A DNA stretch of 64,000 nucleotides from Neoechinorhynchus agilis (lineage: Eukaryota > Animalia > Acanthocephala), in NCBI GenBank assembly GCA_051530055.1, contig CM121342.1, forward strand, positions 12,849,480 through 12,913,479, in the 5' to 3' direction. Shown here piece after piece: positions 35,248 to 46,350 of the stretch. Each line of letters opens with the position of its first letter. Position 1 is the stretch's first letter. The position numbers were made by a program, and so were the translations under genes. The notes below the pieces were generated by a model. That model searched no databases, was not told the origin of the DNA, and saw only the letters and a list, made by a program, of their open reading frames with translations.

Positions 35248-38200
35248 TCTGCGATAACGGCGTCTTGTTGCTTGTTAAAATTTGACACTAAGTTTTAAGA
35301 TTCTAGTTCATATAAGACACCTGAATTATATCCACGGTGCTAAAAATTTGTAACAAACTGATATATCAATTTGAGATTATTTGACGCGCTGATTTCAATG
35401 GTGTTATTTAATTTTAATGAATCTTGCAAATTTAGTAATCTTTCACTCTTGTGACTTTTGACCAAATATGATCATGCGATTATCGACGTGAATAATAAAG
35501 CTGTAGTTTTATAAATCCGTTCATTTAGTACATCTTTACGCGCTGATTAAAAATCTGTATACCGATCTGCGATAGCTTTAATCGTTCTTGAGTTATTCGT
35601 AGTTCAATTTTTTGAGACCGATAACCTTGATTATTGATATTAAAACATCAATAAATTTCAGATCAAATTAACTTTTCTAGATCTGCTTTTGACGCTGAAT
35701 ACACCTGCAATAACGGCGGTTTGTTGCTTTTTAAATTTTTGCACTTTGTTTTAAGATTCTAGTTCATATAAGACACCTGAATTATATCCACGGTGCTTAA
35801 AAGTGGTAACAAAATGATATATCAATTTGAGCATATCTAACGCGCTGATTTCAATGGTGTTATTTAATTTTAAATAATCTTGCAAATTTGGTTATCCTTC
35901 ACTCTTGTAACTTTTGACCAAATATGATCATGCGATTACCGACGGCAATAATACACCTGTAGTTTGCTTAATCTTTTCATTTAGTACATCCTTACGCGCT
36001 GATTCCAAATTTGTATTCTGATCTGCGATAGCTGTCATGGTTCTTGAGTTATTTGTTGTTGAATTTTTAGACGTTTTACCTTGATTATTGATATTAAAAC
36101 ATCAATGAATTTCAGATCAAATTATCTTTTCTAGATCTACTTCTGATGCTGAATACACCTGCAATAACGGCGCCTCGTTGCTTGTTAAATTTTTCCACCA
36201 ATTTTTAAGATTCTAGTTCATATAAGACACCCGAATTATATCCATGGTGCTTAAAAGTGGTAACAAAATGATACATCAACTTGAGCATATTTGACGCCGT
36301 GATTTCAATGGTGTTATTTAATTTTAATGAATCTTGAAAATTTTGTGATCTTTACTCTTGTGACTTTTAACAAAATGTGATCATGCGATTATCGACGTCA
36401 ATAATACAGCCGTAGTTTGCTAAATCAGTTCGTTTAGTACACCTTTGCGCGCAGATTCCAAATCTGTACTCGGATCTTCGATTGCTGTGATGGTTGTTGA
36501 GTTATTCGTTGTTTAATTTTGAGACCATTAATTTTGATTATTTATATCAGAACTTCAATAAATTTCAGATCAAATTAACTTTTCTAGATCTACTTTTGAT
36601 GCTGAATACACCTGCAATAACGGTTTCCTGTTGCTTGTTACATTTTTACACTAGGTTTTAAGATTCTAGTTCATACAAGACACCTTAATTATACCCATGG
36701 TGCTTAAAAGTGGTAACAAAATGATATATCAGTTGGAGCATACCTGGCGCGCTGATTTCAATGGTGTTATCCAATTTTAATGAATCTTGCAAATTTAGTG
36801 ATCTTTCACTCTTGTGACTTTGGATAAAATATGATCATGTGATTTCCGACGTCAATATTACAGCTGTAGCCATCAAGATCCGTTCATTTAGTACGCCTTT
36901 ACGCGCTGATTCCAAATCTTTATTCGGATCGGCGATAGCTATCATGGTTTTTGAGCTATTCGTTGTTGAATTTTGAGACTTATAACCTTGATTATTGATA
37001 TTGGAACATCAATAAATTTCAGATCAAATTAACTTTTCTAGATCTACTTTTGATGCTGAAAACACCTCCAATAACGGCTTCATGTTGCTTGTTAAATTTT
37101 TACACTTGGTTTTTAAATTCTTGTTCATATAAGACACCTGAATTATATCCATGGTTCTTAAAAGTGGTAACTCAATGATATATCAATTTGAGCATATCTG
37201 ACGCGCTGATTTCAATGGTGTTATTAAATTTTAATGAATCTTGCAAACTTAGTGATCTTTCACTCTTGTGACTTTTGACCAAATATGATCATCTGATTTC
37301 CGACGTCGATAATACAGTTGTGGTTTGCTAGATCCGTTCATTTAGCACATCCTAACGCGCTGATTCCAAATCTTTTTTGGGATCTGCGATAGCTGTCACG
37401 GAGCTTGAGCTATTCGTTGTTGAATTTTCAGACTTATAACCTTGATTATTGATATTAAAACATCAATAGATTTCAGATCAAATTAACTTTTCTGGGTGTA
37501 CTTTTGACGCTGAATGCACCTGCGTTGACGGTTTCTTGTTGCTTGTTAAATTTTGACTCGAATTTTTAAGATTCAAGTTCATATTAGACAATTGAATTAT
37601 TCCATGGTGCTTAAAAGTGGTAACAAAATGATATATCAATTTGAGCACATCTGACGCGCTGATTTCAATGGTGTTATTTAATTTTTATGAATGTCGCAAA
37701 TTTAGTGACATTTCACTCTTGCGACTTTTGACCAAATATGATCATGTGATTTCCGACGTAAATAATACAGCTGTAGCCATCTAGATCCGTTCATTCAGTA
37801 CGCCTTTGCGCGCATATTCAAAATCTTTATTCGGATCCGCGATAGCTATCATGGTTATTGAGCTATTCTTTGTTCAATCTTTAGACTTGTAACCTTTATT
37901 GATATTAGATCATCAATAAATTTCAGATCAAATTAACTTTTCCAGATCAACTTTTGATGCTGAATACACCCGCAATAACGGCTTCTTGTTGCTTGTTAAA
38001 TTTTGACAATTTGTTTTAAGATTCTAGTTCATATAAGACACCTGAATTATATCCATGGTGGTTAAACGTGGTAACAAAATGATATATCAATTTGAGCATA
38101 TCTGACGCGCTGATTTCAATGGTGTTATTTTATTTTAATGAATCTTGAAAATTTAGTGATCTTTCACTCTCGTGAATTTTTACCATTTATGATCATGTGA

Positions 38201-40658
38201 TTTCCGACGTCGATAATACAGTTGTGGTTTGCTAGATCCGTTCATTTAGCACATCCTAACGCGCTGATTCCAAATCTTTATTTGGATCTGCGATAGCTGT
38301 CACGGAGCTTGAGTTATTCGTTGTTTAATTTTTAGACTTATAACCTTGATTATTTATATTAAAACATCAATAAATTCCAGATCAAATTAACTTTTCTGGA
38401 TCTAATTTTGATGCTGAATACACCTGCGCTAACGGTTTCTTGTTGCTTGTTAAATTTTTACTCGAAGTTTTAAGATTCTAGTTCATATAAGACACTTGAA
38501 TCATATCCATCGTTCTTAAAAGTGGTAAAAAAATGATATATCAATTTGAGCATATTTGACGCGCTGATTTCAATGGTGTTATTTTATTTTAATGAATTGT
38601 GCAAATTTGATGACCTTTTACTCTTGTGACTTTATACCAAATATGATCATGTGATTTCCGATGTCAATAATACAGCTGTAGTTTTCTAGATCCGTTCATT
38701 TAGTACACCTTTACGCGCTGATTCCAAATCTTTTTTGGGATCTGCGATAGCTGTCATGGATTTTGAGTTATTCGTTGTTCAATCCTTAGACTTGTAACCT
38801 TGATTATTGATATTAGAACATCAATAAATTTCAGATCAAATTAACTTTTCCAGATCTACTTTTTATGCTGAATACACCTGTAATAACGGCTTCATGTTGC
38901 TTGTTAAATTTTTACACTTTGTTTTTAAATTCTAGTTCATATAAGACACCTGAATTATATCCATGGTGCTTAAAAGTGATAACTCAATGATATATACATT
39001 TGAGCATATCTGACGCGCTGATTTCAATGGTGTTATTTAATTTTAAAGAATCTCGCAAACTTAGTGATCTTTCACTCTTGTGACTTTTACCAAATATGAT
39101 CTTGTGATTTCCACGTCGATAATACAGTTGTGGTTTGCTAGATCCGTTCATTTAGCACATCCTAACGCGCTGATTCCAAATCTTTATTTGGATCTGCGAT
39201 AGCTGTCACGGAGCTTGAGTTATTCGTTGTTGAATTTTGAGACTTATAACCTTGATTATTGATATTAAAACATCAATAGATTTCAGATCAAATTTACTTT
39301 TGAAGATCTAATTTTGATGCTGAATACACCTGCAGTAGCGGCTTCTTGTTGTTGTAAAATTTTAACACTAAGTTTTAAGATTCTAGTTCATATAAGAACT
39401 AATCATATCCATCGTCTTAAAAGTGGTAAAAAAATGATATATCAATTTGAGCATATTTGACGCGCTGATTTCAATGGTGTTATTTTATTTTAATGAATTG
39501 TGCAAATTATGACCTTTCACTCTTGTGACTTTTGACCAAATATGATCATGTGATTTCCGACGACGATAATACAGTTGTGGTTTGCTAGATCCGTTCATTT
39601 AGAACATCCTAACGCGCTGATTCCAAATCTTTATTCTGATCTGCGATAGCTGTCACGGAGCTTGAGTTATTCGTTGTTGAATTTTTAGACTTATAACCTT
39701 GATTATTGATATTAGAACATCAATAAATTTCAGATCAAATTAACTTTTCAGATCTACTTTTATGCTGAAACACCTGAATAACGGCTTCATGTTGCTTGTT
39801 AAATTTTTACACTTGTTTTTAAATTCTAGTTCATATAAGACACCTTAATTATATCCATTGTGCTTAAAAGTGATAACTCAATGATATATCAGTTTGAGCA
39901 TATCTGACGCGCTGATTTCAATGGTTTTATTTTATTTCAATGAATTGTGCAAATTTGGTGATCTTTCACTCTTGTGACTTTGGACAAAATATGATCATGT
40001 GATTTCCGACGTCAATAATACAGCTGTAGCCATGAAGATCCGTTCATTTAGTACGCCTTTACGCGCTGATTCCAAATCTTTATTCGAATCCGCGATAGCT
40101 ATCATGGTTCTTATGCTATTCGTTGTTGAATTTTTAGACTTATAACCTTGATTATTGATATAGGAACATCAATAAATTTCAGGTCAAATTAACTTTTCTA
40201 GATCTACTTTTGATGCTGAAAACACCTGCAATAACGGCTTCATGTTGCTTGTTAAATTTTTACACTTAGTTTTTAAATTCTAGTACATATAAGACACCTG
40301 AATTATATCCATGGTGGTTAAACGTGGTAACAAAATGATATATCATTTTGAGCATATCTGACGCGCTGATTTCAATGGTGCTATTTTATTTTAATGAATC
40401 TTGAAAATTTAGTGATCTTTCACTCTCGTGACTTTTGACCAAATATGATCATGCGATTACCGACGTAAATAATACAGCTGTAATTTGCTGAATCGATTTT
40501 TAGTTAGTACATCTTTACGCGCTGATTCCAAATCTGTATTCAGTTCCGCGATAGCTGTCATGGTTCTATAGGTATTCGTTTTTCAATTTTGAGACTTATA
40601 ACCTTCATTATTGATAAGAAAACATCAATAAATTTCAGATCAAATTAACTTTTCTAGA
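35248..40658. repeat. Tandem satellite B, ~454 bp unit, ~12 copies
   Basis: GCAATAACGG-like anchor recurs at about 35251, 35707, 36161, 36614, 37068, 37522, 37972, 38426, 38880, 39332, 39775 and 40228. Confidence 0.97.
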
Positions 40659-43370
40659 TTTTGTGAGAACTAAGGAGTACTCAGAGGCGTTTTAAAGCAT
40701 CGAATTTTTATTTACTGGGTAATGTTTTCTTATGCAAGCGTCTTTATTGAAGTGGAGAACAAGGATGGAGTGCACAGACGCGTTTGAAGCATCCAATTTT
40801 TATTTTGTAATGTTTTCTTATACGAGCGTCTTTATTAAAGTGGAGAACTAAAACGGAGTGCACGGACGCGTTTTAAAGATTCAAATTTTTGTTTACTGGG
40901 TAATGTTTTCTTATACGAGCTTCTCTATTAAAGTGGAAAACTAAGAAGGAGTGCACAGATGCGTTGTAAAGCATCGAATTTTTATTTATTGGGTAATGTT
41001 TTCTTACACGAGCGTCTTTATTAAGGTGGAGAACTAAGGAGTACACAGATGCATTTTAAAGCAACGAATTTTTATTCACTGGGTAATGTTTTCTTATACG
41101 AGCGTCTTTATTAAAGCGGAGAAAAAGAAGGAGTGAACAGACGCGTTTTAAAGCATCGAATTTTTATTTATTTTGTAATGTTTTCTTATACGAGCGTCTT
41201 TATTAATGTTGAGAACTAAGGTGTACACAGACGCTTTTTAAAGCATCGAATTTTAATTTACTGATTAATGCTTTCTTATGCGAGCGTCTTCATTAAAGCG
41301 GAGAAAAAAGGAGTGCACAGACGCGTTTTAAAGCATAGAATTTTTATTTACTGGGTAATGTTTTCTTATACGAGCGTCTTTATTAAAGCGGAGAAAGACA
41401 AAGCTGTGATCAGACGCGTTTTAAAGCATCGAATTTTAATTTATTGGGTAATGTTTGCTTATTCGAGCGTCTTTATTAAAGTGGAGAACTAAGGAGTACA
41501 CAGACGCGTTTTGAAGTATCGAATTTTTATTTACTGGGTAATGTTTTCTTATACGAGCGTCTTTATAAAGTGGAGAACAAAGGAGGAGTACACAGACGCG
41601 TTTTAAAGCATCGAATTTTTATTTACTGGGTAATGTTTTCTTATACGAGCGTCTTTATTAAGTGGAGAACTAAGAAGGAGTACACAGACGCGTTTTAAAG
41701 CATCGAATTTTTATTTACTGGGTAATGTTTTCTTATACGAGCGTCTTTTAAAGTGGAGAACTAAGAAATAGCAAACATACGCGTTTCAAAGCATCGAATT
41801 TTTATTTACTGGATAACGTTTTCTTATACGAGCGTCCTTATTGAAGTGCATAACTAAGGAGTACACAGATGCGTTTTAAAGCACTGAATTTTTATTTGCT
41901 GGTTAATGCTATTTTATACTGGCGTCTTTATTAAAATTTAGAACTAAGAAGGAATATACAGACGCGTTTTAAAGCAACGAATTTTTTTAGTTGGTAATGT
42001 TTTCTAATACGAGCGTCTTTATTAAAGTGGAGAATTAAGAAGGAGCACACAGACTCGTTCTAAAGCATCGAATTTTTATTTACTGGGTAATGTTTTCTTA
42101 TACGAGCATCTTTATTTAAATGGAGAACTAGGAATTAGTGCACAGACGTGTTTTAAAGCATCGATTTTTTGTTTATTGGGTAATGTTTTCATATACGAGC
42201 GTCTTTATTAAAGTGCAGAACTTTGAATGAGTGCACCGACGCGTTTAAAATCATAGAATTTTTATTTACTGGGTACTGATTTCTTATACGAGCGTCTTTA
42301 TTAATGTGGGGAGCTAAGAAGGATTACACAGACGCGTTTTGAAGCATCCAATTTTTATTTATTGGATAATGTTTTCTTATACGAGCGTCTTTATTAAAGC
42401 GGGGAACTAATGAGTGCACAGACGCGTTTTAAAGCATCGAATTTTTATTTACTGGGTAATGTTTTCTTACGCGAGCGTCTTATCGAATTTATATTTACTA
42501 GGTAATGTTTTCTTATACGACCTTCTTTGTTGAAGTGGAGATCTAAGGAGTGCACAGACGCGTTTTAAAGCATCGAATTTTTATTTACTGGGTAATGTTT
42601 TGTTATACGAGCGTCTTTATTAAAGTGGTCGACTAGGAAGGAGTACACAGGCGCGTTTTAAGGAATCGAATTTTTATTTCCTAGGTAATGTTTTCTTAAA
42701 CGAGCGTCTGTCGTCTTTATTAAAGTGGAGAACTAAGGTGTATACAGACGCGTTTTAAAGCATCGAATTTTTATTTACTGGGTAGTGTTTTTTGAGAACT
42801 AAGAGGGAGCAAACAGACGCGTTTTAAAGCATCGAATTTTTATTTACTGGGTAACGTTTTCTTATACGAGCGTCTTTATTAAAGTTGAGAACTAAGGAGT
42901 GCACAGGCGCGTTTTAAGGAATCGAATTTTTATTTACTAGGTAATGTTTTCTTATGCGAGCGTCTTTATTAAAGTGGACGACTAAGAAAGAGTACACAGC
43001 CGCATTTTAAAACATCGAGTTTTTATTTACTGGGTAATGTTTTCTTATACGAGCGTCTTTATTAAAGTGAAGAACTAGGAAGGTGTACACAGACACATAA
43101 CAAAGCATCGAATTTTTTTTACTGGCTAATGTTTTCTTATACGAACGTCTTTATTAAAGTGAAGAAATAAGGAGTATACTGACGTGTCTAAAAGCATCGA
43201 ATTTTTATATACTTGGTAATGTTTTCTAATACGAGCGTCTTTATTAAAGTGAAGAACTAAGGAGTACACGGGCACGTTTTAAAGCATCGAATTTTTATTT
43301 ACTGAGTAATGTCTTCTTACACGAGCGTCTTTATTAAAGTGAAGAACGAGGAAGGAGTAAAAGGACGCGC
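40659..43370. repeat. Tandem satellite A, ~90-93 bp unit, ~30 copies (right block, same orientation)
   Basis: Same consensus as the left block; GACGCG anchors at 41503, 41595 and 41687. Confidence 0.97.
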
Positions 43371-44419
43371 TAAATTTACAAGAAAAACGGAAATAATATT
43401 TTGTCCAAGAGGGTTTAATGTTGATCATCATGACGCTTACACGGTGGAGGCTTTAGACTTAAGTTCATGAAGGTGGACGCTCGACAGCAAACACGGAAAA
43501 GGTAGTATTGGTTCTATGATCATTTGTAATACGCTGCCGATATCGTTGCGTGTGTACGAATTGAGCTAACCGAAACAAGCATTGGATAAATGCGATATAT
43601 TTAAATCTATTAAATTCGAGAGCCGGTATAACCTATGGGGTAGAGGTCAATCAGTTTGCAAGTTCAATGATAGAATTTGGTAAAAACAAAAGAATGATAC
43701 GCTCTTACCTAAACAAACTGCAGCTGAAACCAATTGGAATTTAACAAGTACAGAGGAGCAATAATTTTGATTTAAGTTGATAAAAATTATTATGAGACGA
43801 AACGTGCAGTTGTCAACGCTTGTTGGACGAAATTATTATCACTAATGAGTTGTGTTGAAAAGATAATTCATTGTTATTTGTTGATAGGAGAGATAAATGA
43901 AATTAAGATTTTATTGGATATTTCTATAAAAAAAACACTAATGAGTTGCTTAAATCTAATGAATGGTACCAAGGTCTAAATCATATTTATTCGATCAACG
44001 AGAAGTGGCATCGATGCCGAAGTATTAACAAATACTAAAATAAAATGGAGACGTAGGCCAACAATTGTGTTCAAGATTGGAAAATTTGTTGACTTAATCA
44101 ATTCAGGCATTCGTTGAGATCTAAGTTTGAGAGAAACCGCGATGATTTAGATTTGGGCAGCAACTGTAGGAGCGAGTGAAAGTTCAGAACATAAGCTCTA
44201 CAAAGCCACAGAACTACTCGACAGACGGAATGAACTTTCCACTTCGATTTCGTTACCTTAACGCACACTTCACAACTACATCCACCTTTGTAGATTCCAG
44301 TAGAAGCCGTAAGAACGCAAAAGCTCGAAAATAAAGATTTTCTGCTTCTTTATCACTAGAAGAGTCCGCCCAAGTATCCATTTCAAAAACATACTTGAGC
44401 AATTATGCAGATTAAAAAT

Positions 44420-44520
44420 CAAGTAGATCCGTTCCCATCCATCGGATCCGCTCTCCACTCCGGCTGGATCCGTCATGCACATTCCGGATCCGCTGCAAAT
44501 TCCGGATCCGTCATGCACCC
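44420..44520. repeat. Short cluster of GGATCCG-containing repeats
   Basis: GATCCG occurs five times in ~100 bp; GGATCCGTCATGCAC occurs twice. Confidence 0.6.
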
Positions 44521-44701
44521 CAAAGTAGACAATCACATTCATTTATCCTGCGAGTACTGGAGTATTCACTAGTTCAGGTGTTCACGAGAACTTAGAGGTA
44601 CATGGCTCCTCTTTTTTGACAATATAAAACGTGTTATTATTAAGATTCCTAACAGGATAATTACATCATCTTCTTTTAATTCACATCAATCAAAGTCTGG
44701 T

Positions 44702-46350
44702 GGACGGCGATTCCTTTGCTTTTCGAAGACCACCTCATTTGGTCCGAAAGAGGAGTGCAGCAAGGAGATCCCCTCGGTCCAATCGGATTCTCCCTAACAG
44801 TAAACCCAATAGCGCATTCTCTCCATTCCAGCTTCAACTCTTGGTACTTGGATGACGCTACGCTCGGAGGTGATCCCTCCGTTGTACTGCGCGATTTGGA
44901 GACGCTGATTAGGGAGACCTCGAAGATGGGCATTGAGCTTAATGCTGGAAAATGTGAGCTCCTTGTACTGAATATTGGAGACGCCGCTAAAGTCAAAGAA
45001 CTAATGGCTGGGTTCGAGGCCGTAGCTCCAGGTCTGAAACTCGTGACTCGAGAACAACTCAGCCTCTTGGGCAGTTGTGTCTTCGATTCAAATGTGGAAG
45101 ATGAGATCGGCCATATCATACCGAAACTTTCGTTGCTGTGCGATAGGGTGTGCGCTCTCTCGGCTCATGAAGCCTTGTTTCTCATAAAGAACGCGCTCTT
45201 CATCCCCAAATTATTGTACAAGGTTCGCACAGCAACATTTTTCAAACACAAAGAAGGATTGGCAAAGCTGGACAATAAGGTGAGGGCTTGCCTCGAGCGT
45301 ATTTTAAATGTCCAGCTCTCAGATGAGGCGTGGCGACAAGCTTCTTTGCCTGTGTCATCTGGGGGATTGGGAATTCGGGCACTAGTCGACCTTGCTTTGC
45401 CGGCCTTTCTTGGATCGTTTGAGGGGAGCCTACCAGTCTCGAAGAACATTTTGAAAGAAAAGTTTTGTCTTGACCGGGATTTCGTGGTGGCGGTTGAGGA
45501 ATGGTGCCAGCAGACAGGCGCTAACCAAGTTCCCGTGAATGGCCTCAGACAGTCGATCTGGGACGGACCTCTTGTCGCGAGAGCTCACAGCTCTCTTCTT
45601 TCAGGTTCTCGCGATGGGGTCGTCCGAGCTAGACTGTTGGCAGTTTCAACACGAGAATCTGGGGCGTGGTTGGAGTCTATTCCTCTGGCATCTGTGGGAA
45701 CTCTTCTTACTGACGAGGTGACGAGGATCGCAGTATCCTTAAGACTCGGTCTCCCGATATGCACGCCCCATCGCTGTCGATGTGGGTCTTTGGTTGATGC
45801 TTTCGGGCGACACGGTCTCGTCTGCAGAAGGTCAGCAGGAAGGTTTTCACGCCATTCTGAAATCAATAACGTAATTTCTCGGGCGTTGAGAACGGCGAAC
45901 TTCCCGAACATCCTGGAACCCGCCCACCTCTGCAGACTAGACGGCCGTAGGCCCGATGGAATTTCGGTCTTCCCGTGGCGGGAGGGCAAATGCCTTCTCT
46001 GGGACGCCACGTGTGTGGACACCCTCGCAGCCAGCAACATCCCCTACTCCCTCGAAATCGCCGGTGGTGCCGCCAGTGCAGCGGAAGGGAGGAAGGTACG
46101 AAAATATATGCAGCTATCGAGGGCTCACTATTTTGTCCCCTTTGGGGTAGAGACGTATGGAGCGCTCGGCAGCTCGGCACTCTCTCTGCTCAAGGATCTC
46201 TCGAAGAAATTGAGAGAGGCAACCGGAGACTCAAGAGCAGGCTTATTTCTTCGACAAAATATCTCGCTGGCAGTACAACGGGGCAATGCTGCCAGCGTGA
46301 TGGCGACGGTCGAGGAAGGACAAAAGCTGGAATTTGGTGGGAGGTGGTGA
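44702..46350 (+). mobile_element. CRE-like retrotransposon, subfamily B, 5'-truncated, with an uninterrupted 544-aa RT(partial)-CCHC-RLE ORF
   Basis: GVQQGDPLGP, WYLDD, CRCG..RHGLVC..RHSEIN, RRPDGISVFPW..LLWDATC, RKVRKY, FVPFGVET, LAVQRGNA. Confidence 0.95.

Noticed and set aside
39300-39850. Apparently distinct, deletion-rich satellite monomers (also 34770-35050)
   Set aside because: They look like single-base-deleted copies of neighbouring units, more likely consensus errors than biology.
41268-41492. Repetitive 74-aa ORF and 3-nt length variation in satellite A, suggesting a coding repeat
   Set aside because: The consensus monomer has stops in all six frames, and the 3-nt variation is AAG slippage.
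33790-43370. CRISPR-like array
   Set aside because: Whole units repeat with no unique spacers, the context is eukaryotic, and there are no cas genes.
33790-43370. TTACCCAG on the minus strand of satellite A resembling nematode SL1 (spliced-leader array)
   Set aside because: The match is only ~7 nt, with no leader-donor-Sm-site layout.
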